From an uncultured Flavobacterium sp. (GTDB lineage Bacteria; Bacteroidota; Bacteroidia; Flavobacteriales; Flavobacteriaceae): a stretch of DNA of 64,000 nt. The stretch lies in contig CANROJ010000001.1 of assembly GCA_947632215.1 (NCBI GenBank), positions 4,406 through 68,405 on the forward strand, in the 5' to 3' direction. Positions 41,118-51,577 of the stretch are shown here, piece by piece (the first letter of the stretch is position 1; each line of letters begins with the position of its first letter). Both the position numbers and the translations under genes were made by a program. The notes below the pieces were generated by a model that did no database searches, was not told the origin of the DNA, and worked only from the letters and a program-made list of their open reading frames with translations.

Positions 41118-41144
41118 AAAAAAAACTGCCCGAGAGCAGTTTTA
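41118..41144 (-). terminator. Terminator after the Lrp/AsnC gene
   Basis: Minus strand aaaactgctctcgggcagtttttttt. Confidence 0.75.
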
Positions 41145-41168
41145 GTATTTTGTTGTTTTAAAACACGC

Positions 41169-41648
41169 CTATAATTCTTTGAAAATAGTGTGCATTAAGC
41201 GTTTTTTATCGTTGATACTTTCTTCTAGAGAAATCATTGATTCGGTTCTATAAACTCCTTCAATATCATCAATCATGTAAATAACCTCTTTAGCATGACG
41301 AGTATTTTTTGCTCTAATTTTACAAAAAACATTAAACTTACCAGTAGTTACGTGAGCCACCGTTACAAAAGGAATTTCATTAATTCTCTCTAATACAAAT
41401 TTTGTCTGAGAGGTATTGTGTAAGAAAATTCCGATGTACGCGATAAAAGCGTATCCTAACTTTTCATAATCTAATGTCAAAGAGGACCCTTGTATAATTC
41501 CTGCATCTTCCATTTTCTTAACACGTACGTGCACTGTACCGGCAGAAATCAAAAGTTTTTTTGCAATATCTGTAAAAGGAACTCTCGTATTATCAATCAA
41601 CATATCTAAGATTTGGTGATCGATTTCATCTAAACGAAATTTACTCAT
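41169..41648 (-). CDS. Lrp/AsnC-family transcriptional regulator
   Basis: LDEIDHQIL, HTH, RVKKMEDAGII, TGKFNVF C-terminal RAM domain. Confidence 0.93.
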   Translation of the reverse strand: MSKFRLDEIDHQILDMLIDNTRVPFTDIAKKLLISAGTVHVRVKKMEDAGIIQGSSLTLDYEKLGYAFIAYIGIFLHNTSQTKFVLERINEIPFVTVAHVTTGKFNVFCKIRAKNTRHAKEVIYMIDDIEGVYRTESMISLEESINDKKRLMHTIFKEL

Positions 41649-41738
41649 AAATCAATTTTTTTATCTAATTCTAAATCTATAATTCTGTACAATAATACTA
41701 AATTAAAATTTCATTTGTTTAAAAAATCACAAATTTTA

Positions 41739-42890
41739 TTATTTTTTTAGTAAAATTTTAACCTCTTCCCGTGAAATACTTATTACTTCTTCAAGGTTTT
41801 TATTTAAACACTCTTCTTTATCTATATTTTCACCTCTAAAAACATATAAAGATTTCAAAGATAGGTGGGCAAATTTAGTTTGTTTTTTGCAAATATCCAC
41901 AACAATAGGATAAAATTTAAGATTTTTATCTACTAACACCTCTTTATATTGAACATTTACAATATAATGCTCTTGGGTGCCTAGGTCTACTACATTTTCA
42001 AAAGTGATATCCGTGAAATTCTTTTGATTCTCAGCTATGGCGTGGTACCCATCTAAGGCTTGGGTTAAATGACTACCATTATATAAAGCATCCAAGGCAA
42101 TCAAAAGACTTTCAAAAACAATACCACGGGACTTCTCTCTTTGGTAATCTTTGGGGTAATGTCCGGCTTCAAACAACAAAGTAGCAATACCTTTACTTTG
42201 ACAGTAATCCCCTATGCAATTTATATTAAAGCTATCGTCAAAGCGCCCCACATATCCAGGCACACTACCGCATAGCTCTGTAGAGATCTTAGCTATAAGC
42301 TGCATGGCTAAAGCCCGATTAGCATTAACCTGCCTAGTTATATCGTAAGAAGGAGCCAAAAATGAAATAGCAGCAACTCGCCCACTTTGCCCCACACCAA
42401 AAATACTGCGCTGATCGTGTAAGTTAAAAGCATAATGAGGTTTAAAATCTTCTAAGAATGTTCTAAGTATTTGACTCTCGATTTGACTAAGGTCAACACT
42501 ATCTCTGTTTAAGTCAACATCCAGAGCATTGTTCCTTGTGTAGTGATAAGCTCCATCTGGATTTAAAATAACTATAATTTCGATAGTAAAGAAACTCTCC
42601 CATTTTTCTCTTAGCAAACAAGTAGAATTATTTAAAAAATACAACAAGTCTAAAACTGCCTTTGTTGTGGTAGATTCATTACCGTGCATTTGAGACCACA
42701 TAGCCAACTTTAAATCACCATGTCCAAAACTTACCTTTTTAATTGGTCGGTTCTCTGGACTTATTCCTATCTGCTCTACCTTAAAGTAATACTTTAACTC
42801 CTTAAGACTATCTTCAATACACTGCTGAGTAACCCAGCGGCCTTGTACTCGGGGATCCCTATAGGTGTCTTTAATTTTTTGGTAATCCAT
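41739..42890 (-). CDS. M14-family zinc carboxypeptidase-like protein
   Basis: HGNE zinc motif, LNPDG, DLNRD, NLHDQ, FEAGH; start moved to ATG 42890, supported by promoter caaaagta at 42916-42923. Confidence 0.87.
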   Translation of the reverse strand: MDYQKIKDTYRDPRVQGRWVTQQCIEDSLKELKYYFKVEQIGISPENRPIKKVSFGHGDLKLAMWSQMHGNESTTTKAVLDLLYFLNNSTCLLREKWESFFTIEIIVILNPDGAYHYTRNNALDVDLNRDSVDLSQIESQILRTFLEDFKPHYAFNLHDQRSIFGVGQSGRVAAISFLAPSYDITRQVNANRALAMQLIAKISTELCGSVPGYVGRFDDSFNINCIGDYCQSKGIATLLFEAGHYPKDYQREKSRGIVFESLLIALDALYNGSHLTQALDGYHAIAENQKNFTDITFENVVDLGTQEHYIVNVQYKEVLVDKNLKFYPIVVDICKKQTKFAHLSLKSLYVFRGENIDKEECLNKNLEEVISISREEVKILLKK

Positions 42891-42963
42891 ACAATGGAAT
42901 TTTAAGTTGATATTACAAAAGTAAAAACATTTTTTTTCACTTTTGTAAACTAAAAGATATTTA

Positions 42964-42999
42964 ATTTGTTTACAAATGTAATTACATTTGTAAACAAAT
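42964..42999. promoter_or_regulatory. Perfect 36-bp palindrome containing back-to-back TACATTTG elements
   Basis: atttgtttacaaatgtaa|ttacatttgtaaacaaat. Confidence 0.7.
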
Positions 43000-43202
43000 A
43001 TTAGAATCAATACTACAATAGGCTTAATAAGCTTAAAATTAATTATAACTTATTGTTTTCCATTAATATAAATAACACTACTTAAAGATAAACTTTAAAG
43101 TATATTAAATATTTATCGATTTCTAGCATCTACATAGAGTATATTTTATTACATTTGTAAACCACCTTTTAAAAAAAAACAAGGATTTTAAAAATTTTAG
43201 CC

Positions 43203-43682
43203 ATGGATAACTTTATAGAAAGATTAGAGTTTTTATTAGACAATTTTGAATACTCTGCCTCTAGTTTTGCAGACAAAATTGGAGTACAGCGCTCTAGTTT
43301 ATCCCATTTATTATCTGGTAGAAATAAGCCTAGCTTAGATTTTATCTTAAAAATAGATCAAGCTTTTCCAGAGCTTAGTCTTACTTGGCTTTTAAAAGGT
43401 GATGGGTATTTTTTACAAAACAGTGAGTCCCCTATTTCTAAGATCACACCTAATAGCTGTGAAAATTCTCTGCAAGAAAACAAGGCTAATGAGGTAGAAA
43501 TATCACAGGTTAAAAAACAAAAAAAGACCAAAAATAAATCCGATGATCCAATAGAAAACGCATCAAAAAAACACGACTCTTCTAATAGTATAGCATTGAA
43601 AAATTTTCCTCTAACTGACAATATTCAACAAATAGTTGTCTTTTACACCGATGGAAGTTTTAAAAGTTTTGAGCCTAGATAA
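43203..43682 (+). CDS. XRE-family helix-turn-helix regulator
   Basis: SASSFADKIGVQRSSLSHLLSGRNKPSLDF, WLL.G.G, C-terminal QIVVFYTDGSF; promoter TACATTTG at 43150-43157. Confidence 0.9.
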   Translation: MDNFIERLEFLLDNFEYSASSFADKIGVQRSSLSHLLSGRNKPSLDFILKIDQAFPELSLTWLLKGDGYFLQNSESPISKITPNSCENSLQENKANEVEISQVKKQKKTKNKSDDPIENASKKHDSSNSIALKNFPLTDNIQQIVVFYTDGSFKSFEPR

Positions 43683-43766
43683 TTTGTCACAGGCTATTTT
43701 TATTTGTCTAAATACATCTTATGCCCTAGAAAGGCATTATCTTTGATTTTAGCAAAAAGATCTGTT

Positions 43767-44435
43767 ATGTTTAAAAAAATCATTAGCTACTTTACCCCCG
43801 TTATAGATAAAAAACTCTCTTCGAAAATAAACAATCAACTACAACTGACTTGGAAAAAAGGTAAACTTACCTTAGATTCCAAAAACACCAATTATTCCTA
43901 CGGAGAACTTCAAAATATTTTAAGAGAAACTTTAAACTATATCGGATACCATAAGATTAGAAGCTTTGAAAGAGTACTTGTATTAGGGCTAGGGGCTGGA
44001 GGTATTATCCAGACTTTGCGCCACGATGCACTTTATAACAATACTATCGATAGCGTTGAACTGGATCCACAGATTATTTCGATTGCCAAAAAATACTTCC
44101 AACTAAATGACTTTGGTGAAAATCACCATATCCATTGCATGGATGCATTTGAATATGTACTTAGATCCAACAATAAATATGGCCTTGTGGTAATTGATAT
44201 CTTCATTGATTACACTATGCCTGATTTTCTATTTGAACAATATTTTATCAAACACTTATTAGACATAGTTGACATTAATGGTTTTATAGTATTTAACACC
44301 ATTGTTATTAATAAGCAGCAAGCCCTGCGAAATAAGGACTTTACAAAGTTATTTGACCCCAAAAAATACTCCCTAAGGCTCTACCCTGGCTCTAAAACAG
44401 CAAATGAAGTCTTCCTGATTAAAAAGCTACACTAA
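43767..44435 (+). CDS. Spermidine-synthase-like SAM-dependent methyltransferase
   Basis: NYSYG, VLVLGLGAGG, VELDP, DAFEY, VIDIF; promoter TATCTTTG at 43738-43745 supports ATG 43767. Confidence 0.75.
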   Translation: MFKKIISYFTPVIDKKLSSKINNQLQLTWKKGKLTLDSKNTNYSYGELQNILRETLNYIGYHKIRSFERVLVLGLGAGGIIQTLRHDALYNNTIDSVELDPQIISIAKKYFQLNDFGENHHIHCMDAFEYVLRSNNKYGLVVIDIFIDYTMPDFLFEQYFIKHLLDIVDINGFIVFNTIVINKQQALRNKDFTKLFDPKKYSLRLYPGSKTANEVFLIKKLH

Positions 44436-44498
44436 AAATCCACAAGAGTTGTATCAGATAACTTATATTTGCATAAAGCACACCCTTTACAAGACATT

Positions 44499-45617
44499 AT
44501 GATAGAATTAAAGAAAGTAAGTACAGATAAAGAAATGAAGGAATTTGTAAAATTTCCTTTTCAACTATATAAAGACAACCCATACTGGGTTCCTCCTATT
44601 ATTAAAGATGAGATAAAGAGTTTTGATGCAAAAAACGATATATTTAAATCTGTTGAAGTAGAATTCTACTTAGCCTATAAACAGGCTAAAGTAGTAGGAA
44701 GAGTAGCTTGCTGTATTAATTGGACCGAAGTTAATGAGCTTCACAAACCAAAAGTTAGATTTGGCTGGTTAGAAATGATAGATGATGTAAATGTAACCAA
44801 GGCTTTATTAGATAAAGTAGAAGAGTTTGCTCAAAAACACAAAATGCAGTATATAGAGGGACCAATGGGATTCTCTAATATGGACAAAGCAGGAATGCTA
44901 ACTTTGGGTTTTGATCAAATCGCAACAATGATTGGACTCTACAACCATCCCTACTACCCACAACACCTTGCTTCTTTAGGATTTAAACCAGAGGCTGAAT
45001 GGATTGAATACAAAATAGACATGGGAGCTTACAATGAAGAAAAGATAGAGCGCATGTCTGGTATTGTTCAAGATAGATACCAGGTAAAGGTACTGGAATT
45101 TAAAACCATTAATGAGCTTCTTCCTTATGTGGATGAAATGTTTGCTCTTTTAAATAAAACCTACGCCGACTTACAGAGCTTTGTACCTATAGAAGACTTC
45201 CAAATCGAGCATTACAAGAATAAATACCTACAATTTATTCATCCAGATTTTATTTGTTGTATAATGGATAAGGACAATAAAATGATCGCCTTTGCCATTA
45301 CCATGCCTTCTTTCTCTCGAGGGTTTCAAAAGGCTAAGGGAAAATTATTTCCTTTTGGTTTTCTACACCTTCTACAAGCCATGCGTAAGAACAACCATGC
45401 AGAGTATTATTTAATTGGAGTAGATCCTGAGTACAGAAGCAAAGGAGTTACCGCCATTATTTTTAAAGAGATCTATAAGAGCTTTACCAAGCACAAGATC
45501 CAAATCGTAGAAACAAATCCTTTATTGAAGGAAAATAATAAAATTCAACAACTTTGGAAAAGTTTGAATCCCGAGATACACAAGGAGAGAAAAACCTACC
45601 GAAAAGATATTGTTTAA
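44499..45617 (+). CDS. Tandem-GNAT-fold protein (YghO-like)
   Basis: FVKFP..LY..NPYWVPP, GRVAC, RFGW, GPMGF, YNHPYY, IGVDPEYRSKG; promoter TATATTTG at 44464-44471. Confidence 0.72.
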   Translation: MIELKKVSTDKEMKEFVKFPFQLYKDNPYWVPPIIKDEIKSFDAKNDIFKSVEVEFYLAYKQAKVVGRVACCINWTEVNELHKPKVRFGWLEMIDDVNVTKALLDKVEEFAQKHKMQYIEGPMGFSNMDKAGMLTLGFDQIATMIGLYNHPYYPQHLASLGFKPEAEWIEYKIDMGAYNEEKIERMSGIVQDRYQVKVLEFKTINELLPYVDEMFALLNKTYADLQSFVPIEDFQIEHYKNKYLQFIHPDFICCIMDKDNKMIAFAITMPSFSRGFQKAKGKLFPFGFLHLLQAMRKNNHAEYYLIGVDPEYRSKGVTAIIFKEIYKSFTKHKIQIVETNPLLKENNKIQQLWKSLNPEIHKERKTYRKDIV

Positions 45618-45634
45618 AAAATATTATTCCACTT

Positions 45635-45673
45635 TGCCCTAGTAAAATAATTATTTACTAGGGCATCTTTTTT
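45635..45673 (+). terminator. Rho-independent terminator
   Basis: tgccctagtaaa-ataatta-tttactagggca then T run. Confidence 0.82.
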
Positions 45674-45825
45674 AAGCACAAAGAGATAACTTTAAAAAAC
45701 ACTACCCCAATATTCCAAGGGCATAAAACAGAGCTTAAAGACCTTTAAAAAGATCTAGTAAAGTAATCTATTATGCTTTATTGTAGTACTATATTTGCTA
45801 CATTTGTAAAAACACACCCATTTAT

Positions 45826-46701
45826 ATGAAAGGAATTATTTTAGCAGGAGGAGCAGGTACAAGACTTCACCCTTTGACTTTAGCCATCTCTAAGCAACTT
45901 TTACCTGTTTATGACAAACCGATGATCTACTACCCTTTATCGGTATTAATGCTTGCAGGGATAAGAGAAATCTTGGTTATCTCCACTGTAAGAGACCTTC
46001 CTTTATTTGAGCAACTCTTAGGAGATGGCTCCTTATATGGTATTTCTTTATCTTATGCTGTTCAAGAAAAACCTCAAGGTATTGCCCAGGCTTTTTTAAT
46101 AGCAGAAGATTTTATTAAAGACAGCGAGGTATGTCTTATATTAGGAGATAATATATTTTATGGCAATGGTTTACAGAAAAAATTACAACAATCTGTAATC
46201 GATACTATAGAAAATCAACAAGCCACCGTTTACGGCTACACGGTAAAGGATCCAGAACGATACGGAGTTGTTAGCTTCAATGCAGAAGGAAAGGTTATTG
46301 ATATTCAAGAAAAACCAAAAAAACCTAGTTCTAATTTTGCAGTGGTTGGTATTTATTTCTACCCAAAAGATGTAGTTGCAAAAGCCAAGACCCTGACTGC
46401 TTCTTTAAGAGGTGAATTAGAAATTACCGACTTAAACAATCTATACCTTCAACAAGACAACCTAATGGTCCAAACCTTAGGAAGAGGCTTTGCTTGGCTT
46501 GATACGGGTACACATGAATCTTTAGTGGAGGCTACCGAATTTGTAAAGGCCGTAGAGAATAGAACCGGACTTAAAATTGCTTGTCTACAGGAAATTGGTT
46601 TGCAAAACAATTGGCTAAGCAAACAAGACCTAGCCAAACAAATCCAAAACAACACCTCAGAGTACTATAAGTATATTAAAGATATTGTAGAGGCAAAATA
46701 A
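45826..46701 (+). CDS. rfbA: Glucose-1-phosphate thymidylyltransferase
   Basis: [53 protein letters not shown]. Confidence 0.96.
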   Translation: MKGIILAGGAGTRLHPLTLAISKQLLPVYDKPMIYYPLSVLMLAGIREILVISTVRDLPLFEQLLGDGSLYGISLSYAVQEKPQGIAQAFLIAEDFIKDSEVCLILGDNIFYGNGLQKKLQQSVIDTIENQQATVYGYTVKDPERYGVVSFNAEGKVIDIQEKPKKPSSNFAVVGIYFYPKDVVAKAKTLTASLRGELEITDLNNLYLQQDNLMVQTLGRGFAWLDTGTHESLVEATEFVKAVENRTGLKIACLQEIGLQNNWLSKQDLAKQIQNNTSEYYKYIKDIVEAK

Positions 46702-46768
46702 TTTCTTTAATCAATCCTACTGGCATAATTAAAAATCGCATCTCAAGAAAAGATAAAATAAAACACTT

Positions 46769-47818
46769 TTACCCCTGGTATTGCTCCTGGTAATACTTTT
46801 GATATTCTAAGGAAGTAACTTGGTTTAACCAATCTTTATTTTCAAGATACCAATGTATGGTTTGGGCCAAACCAGTCTGGAAATTTACCGTGGGATTCCA
46901 ATCCAACTCTTTTTGCAATTTACTGGCATCAATGGCATAACGACGATCATGACCGGCTCGATCTTTAACCATTTCTAACAAAGATAGACTATGGCCAGGC
47001 TCATTGCCCAAAAGCTGGTCTACTTGTTTAATAATTTGCTTTACCAAGTCTATATTACTCCACTGATTAAGCCCACCTACGTTATAAGTCTGGCCCAGTG
47101 TTGCTTTGTGAAAAATACAATCTATAGCTAAAACATGATCATGGACATAGAGCCAATCTCTAATATTTAATCCATCTCCATAGATTGGTATTTTTTTTCC
47201 TTGTAAAATATTGTTAATACACAAAGGAATAAGTTTTTCAGGAAATTGATAAGGACCATAATTATTAGAGCAATTACTAAGAACTACAGGAAGACCATAA
47301 GTCTGGGCATAAGCACGCACGAAATGATCACTACTTGCCTTAGAGGCCGAATAAGGAGAATTTGGATCATAGCTAGTATGCTCGGTAAATAATCCCTTTT
47401 CACCTAAAGTACCATAGACCTCATCGGTGGAAATGTGATAAAATAACTTATTGGAAAAATCACCTTTCCAGTTTTCTTTGGCTGCCTGCAATAAGTTAAC
47501 TGTACCCATTACATTTGTAGTTACAAAGCTAAAAGGATCAGAAATAGAGCGGTCCACATGACTTTCTGCAGCAAGGTGAATCACCCCTTGAAATCCGTAA
47601 GTAGAAAACAATTCTTGGATAAGGGAAAAATCTCTTATATCTGCTTTTATAAAAGTATAATTCGGCGAAAGTTCGATGTCTTTTAAATTAGCTAAGTTAC
47701 CAGCATAAGTAAGGGCATCTAAATTATAGATATGATAATCTTTATAAGTAGTTACAAAATGACGTACCACATGAGAACCAATAAAACCAGCCCCACCAGT
47801 AATTAAAATATTTTTCAT
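46769..47818 (-). CDS. rfbB: dTDP-glucose 4,6-dehydratase
   Basis: TGGAGFIGS, LTYAGN, AAESHVDRSI, STDEVYG, YSASK, DRAGHDRRYA. Confidence 0.96.
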   Translation of the reverse strand: MKNILITGGAGFIGSHVVRHFVTTYKDYHIYNLDALTYAGNLANLKDIELSPNYTFIKADIRDFSLIQELFSTYGFQGVIHLAAESHVDRSISDPFSFVTTNVMGTVNLLQAAKENWKGDFSNKLFYHISTDEVYGTLGEKGLFTEHTSYDPNSPYSASKASSDHFVRAYAQTYGLPVVLSNCSNNYGPYQFPEKLIPLCINNILQGKKIPIYGDGLNIRDWLYVHDHVLAIDCIFHKATLGQTYNVGGLNQWSNIDLVKQIIKQVDQLLGNEPGHSLSLLEMVKDRAGHDRRYAIDASKLQKELDWNPTVNFQTGLAQTIHWYLENKDWLNQVTSLEYQKYYQEQYQG

Positions 47819-47909
47819 AAATCCATTATATCACCTTATTTTAAAAAAATAAACAAGGTATTTAAATTAACTCTTCTTCAAATTCAAAGTCCTACTCAAA
47901 TATAACACA

Positions 47910-47944
47910 AAAAAAAGACCTCCTATCTCTAGTGGTCTTTTTTA
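47910..47944 (-). terminator. Terminator after dnaN
   Basis: aaaaaaagacc...ggtctttttt inverted repeat. Confidence 0.65.
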
Positions 47945-47964
47945 AATATTTTTTTAAGGCTTTA

Positions 47965-49083
47965 TTAGCTATTAAGCATAACAGGCATCACTAACATAGT
48001 TACAAACTCTCCTTCTTCTAAACCATCTACTGGAGTTAAAATACCAGCGCGATTAGGAAGTGACATCTCCAATAAAATCTCATCACTTTGTAAGTTGTTT
48101 AACATCTCTAATAAGAAACGAGCATTAAAGCCTATTTGCATATCATCTCCTTGATAATCACAAGTTAGACGCTCATCTGCTTTATTCGAGTAATCTAAAT
48201 CTTCAGCAGAAATATTAAGCTCTGTTCCAGCTACTTTTAAGCGAATTTGATGAGTAGTCTTATTTGCATAAATGGCAATACGTCTTACGCTATTTAAAAA
48301 CTGCACTCTATTGATTAATAACTTATTTGGATTCTCTTTGGGAATAACCGCTTCATAATTTGGATATTTCCCATCGATTAAACGACAAGTTAAAGTATAA
48401 TTATCAAAATTAAACTGAGCATTGCTCTCATTGAATTCTATAACCACATCCGAACCAGAACTCATCAATATATTCTTTAGAATATTCAATGGTTTTTTAG
48501 GCATAATAAAGCTAGCCTCACTATGGCAAGTAATATCCGTTCTAGAGTATCTTACTAATTTATGGGCATCTGTAGCCACAAAAATCAGACCATTAGGAGA
48601 GAAGTGAAAAAACACTCCTGACATTACAGGACGTAAATCATCGTTTCCTGCTGCAAAAATAGCCTTGCTAATAGCAGTTGCTAATACCCCAGCTGGAACT
48701 TCTGTCTTAGCAGGATCTTCTAACGACTCCGCTTTAGGAAACTCATCCCCTTGGGCATAGGCCAATACATATTTACCTACATCTGAACTAATTTCTATGG
48801 TATTGTTTTCCTTTACCGAGAAAGTCAGAGGTTGTTCAGGAAACGTTTTTAAAGTTTCCAACAACAATTTAGCAGGAACCGCAATACTTCCTTGACTAGT
48901 TGATTCTATCTCCAAAGTAGCAGACATGGTTGTCTCTAAATCAGAAGCAGATACTCTTAAGATATTATTATCTAATTCAAATAAAAAATTATCTAAAATG
49001 TGTAAGGTATTACTGCTATTGATTACACTACCTAAAACTTGCAATTGTTTTAACAAGTAGGAACTCGATACTATAAACTTCAT
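47965..49083 (-). CDS. dnaN: DNA polymerase III beta sliding clamp
   Basis: ASDLETT, RPVMSGV, VATDAHKL, RLIDGKYPNY, IGFNARFL, LVMPV; promoter caaatata at 49123-49130. Confidence 0.97.
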   Translation of the reverse strand: MKFIVSSSYLLKQLQVLGSVINSSNTLHILDNFLFELDNNILRVSASDLETTMSATLEIESTSQGSIAVPAKLLLETLKTFPEQPLTFSVKENNTIEISSDVGKYVLAYAQGDEFPKAESLEDPAKTEVPAGVLATAISKAIFAAGNDDLRPVMSGVFFHFSPNGLIFVATDAHKLVRYSRTDITCHSEASFIMPKKPLNILKNILMSSGSDVVIEFNESNAQFNFDNYTLTCRLIDGKYPNYEAVIPKENPNKLLINRVQFLNSVRRIAIYANKTTHQIRLKVAGTELNISAEDLDYSNKADERLTCDYQGDDMQIGFNARFLLEMLNNLQSDEILLEMSLPNRAGILTPVDGLEEGEFVTMLVMPVMLNS

Positions 49084-49164
49084 ATTACAATTATTTAATA
49101 CGTAAAACTGCTTGTACAGCTACAAATATATTGGATTAATATTAATAATAAAAGCAATTATACA

Positions 49165-50853
49165 CTACTTTTTAACTAATTTACTTTTTCGAAGCACAAA
49201 AAACACTATTCCAAAAAGTATAACTATCACAATTGGAATTGTTAATGCTAGAATCTGAATATACGAATAATTTTCATAAATTTTCATTTTATCTAACATA
49301 GGCATTCTAACTTCTTTTGTTCGCACCGATAAAAGGTTATTATCTTGGAGTAAATAGTCTACGCTATTGCTTAAAAACTCTTTATTTCCATAATAATTAT
49401 TAGTCCATTTATCATAGCCTAGTTCTAAAGGAATTCCCTTAGAATCAAACTGATTTCGAATCATATCTCCATCGGATAAGACTATCATCTTATTAAATGG
49501 GCTTTTTTGCTTTACATTTTCCATGGAAAAAGGAAAAACTCTATTGGCATATACCGAGGTGAATTCTCCTTCTAACAATACTGCTAAAATATACTTCCCT
49601 TTTCCTTGATACATCTCTGGGGTGGTCTTTTCTTGAAGTACATCTAGGGAGATCTCCACAGGAGTACCTACCGTTGTGGAATATATACTACTTTGAAGCA
49701 AAACAGTTTTTTTAATATCATTTTTCAAAGTATCCATTGGACTGGTAAAGTCTAATTTTACTCCTTCTAAATTCTTTACAATTGGATGCTGTGACCCCGG
49801 ATATACAAAGGGAGAAAATTTCCATACAAAATCATTGTATATAGTTTGACTTCCTACAGATCCACTAGCTATTTTAATAGATGTTCCCATTTCATCTTTA
49901 ACTAGTACTGGATTAAGTCTGACCCCGTATTTAAACATCATCTCCCCTAAAGACTGCTTATTAGCAAAAGCCAACGTACTACCATTTTTTCTGATACTAT
50001 CCATATGGGCTTGCACCGGATCTAAAAGCCAAAGACTCTTTCCTCCATTAATTATAAACTGATCTAAAACTGCAATTTGCTCGTTAGAGAAGTCTTGGGT
50101 AGGTTTTGCAACAATAATTAAATCAAAGGGATCCAGGCCTTGTAAGGCTTGTACTGGGCTTTGATTCTCTAAGTCAATGGTATAGGAGGCAATATTATAT
50201 TTCTGACTCATATCCATTAAAAAATCTGCCATTTCCATATCGGGTAATTCTCCATTACCTTTGATTACGGCTATATTTTTAAACTCCGGACTCGTTACTT
50301 GATTAATTGCTCGTATTAGGGAATATTCTAAAGTCTGAACCGACTCAATAACACTTTGCTCACTTGTGGCTCCCATGCTATTCTTTAATAACTGCACCTT
50401 AGCGGCCTTATCTCCACTAGAGACTATGGCCCAAGGCAATACAATACTCTGGGTTTGACTTCCCTTGTCATTTACCATTAAAGACAAAGGCTTAATTCCA
50501 TAGGAATAAAGCTCCTCTAGGGTTTGGTTTTGGTCCTGTCCTGGTTCATTTAAAGGATCTAAAAACTGGAATTTTATATGACTATTATGCAAGGCAAACT
50601 CCTCTAACATTTGTCTGGTTTCCCTTTGTAAACGGCTGAATTCATGAGGTAAATCACCTTGTAAAAACACATCGACCACTACACTACTTTGCACCTTTTG
50701 TAAAACTTGTAAAGTAGATGATGAAAGAGTATATCTTTTATCGTTTGTTAAATCCCACCTATGGTAGAGTACTCCACCAAGTAGATTCCCAAGGACCAAT
50801 ACTACAATAATCAATAGTAATGAGCGTAGATTATTTTTGGTATACTTATTCAT
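49165..50853 (-). CDS. gldG: Gliding motility ABC transporter auxiliary component GldG
   Basis: RWDLTNDKRYTLS, LQGDLP.EF.RL, LEYSL, DQFIINGGK, PLELGYD, N terminal and C-terminal TM; downstream of gldF. Confidence 0.92.
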   Translation of the reverse strand: MNKYTKNNLRSLLLIIVVLVLGNLLGGVLYHRWDLTNDKRYTLSSSTLQVLQKVQSSVVVDVFLQGDLPHEFSRLQRETRQMLEEFALHNSHIKFQFLDPLNEPGQDQNQTLEELYSYGIKPLSLMVNDKGSQTQSIVLPWAIVSSGDKAAKVQLLKNSMGATSEQSVIESVQTLEYSLIRAINQVTSPEFKNIAVIKGNGELPDMEMADFLMDMSQKYNIASYTIDLENQSPVQALQGLDPFDLIIVAKPTQDFSNEQIAVLDQFIINGGKSLWLLDPVQAHMDSIRKNGSTLAFANKQSLGEMMFKYGVRLNPVLVKDEMGTSIKIASGSVGSQTIYNDFVWKFSPFVYPGSQHPIVKNLEGVKLDFTSPMDTLKNDIKKTVLLQSSIYSTTVGTPVEISLDVLQEKTTPEMYQGKGKYILAVLLEGEFTSVYANRVFPFSMENVKQKSPFNKMIVLSDGDMIRNQFDSKGIPLELGYDKWTNNYYGNKEFLSNSVDYLLQDNNLLSVRTKEVRMPMLDKMKIYENYSYIQILALTIPIVIVILFGIVFFVLRKSKLVKK

Positions 50854-51572
50854 TATTTGCGCAACATTTTTACTTTAAATACACTAAGGGCTAAAAACAA
50901 AATGGTTATAGAAGTGAAATACACCAGATCTCGAGAATCAATAACTCCTTTACAAATACTTTTAAAGTGATACTCGACTCCGAATTTCTCTATTTCTAAA
51001 GACCCCGTTAAAACAGCTATTTGCTGTATTCCAACATATAAAAAACCGCATAAGACAGCTCCTAAAAGTAAACAAACAATAGCGTTATTACTCAAAGTAG
51101 AACAAAATATTCCTATGGCGCAGTAACTAGAGGCCAAAAATAATAATCCCAAATAAGACCCAACTAAACTAGCCACATCCATCACTTGATCTTGTTGGAT
51201 GTAATCTTGTAAAATCCAAATGTAGATAAGGGTTGGAATAATTGCCAAGACAACTAAAAAAAGAGCTCCAAAGAACTTACCTAAAACTATTTGCCATACA
51301 CTAAGAGGCTTGGTAAGTAAAAGCTCTATGGTACCTTGCTTTATTTCATTGCAGAAGCTTCCCATGGTAATACTGGGAATAAGGAAGATAAACACTAGGG
51401 GTGCTAAAAAGAATAAATTAGATAAATCAGCAAAACCATTATCTAAAATATTGTAATTTCCAGGTAAGAACCAAAGTAGTATACCACATAAGACTAAAAA
51501 TACCACTAAGACTAAATAGGCAGTAACGCTACTTAAAAAGGAACGTATTTCCTGTAAACAAATTGCTTTCAT
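50853..51572 (-). CDS. gldF: Gliding motility ABC transporter permease GldF
   Basis: MKAIC.QEIRSF, GFADL, LIPSITM..F..E.KQGT.ELLLTKP, GVIDSRDL; start moved to ATG 51572. Confidence 0.92.
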   Translation of the reverse strand: MKAICLQEIRSFLSSVTAYLVLVVFLVLCGILLWFLPGNYNILDNGFADLSNLFFLAPLVFIFLIPSITMGSFCNEIKQGTIELLLTKPLSVWQIVLGKFFGALFLVVLAIIPTLIYIWILQDYIQQDQVMDVASLVGSYLGLLFLASSYCAIGIFCSTLSNNAIVCLLLGAVLCGFLYVGIQQIAVLTGSLEIEKFGVEYHFKSICKGVIDSRDLVYFTSITILFLALSVFKVKMLRK

Positions 51573-51577
51573 CTTCT

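Noticed and set aside
44499-45617. Possible GTP cyclohydrolase label that I recall for this family
   Set aside because: No cyclohydrolase motifs; the sequence fits tandem GNAT folds
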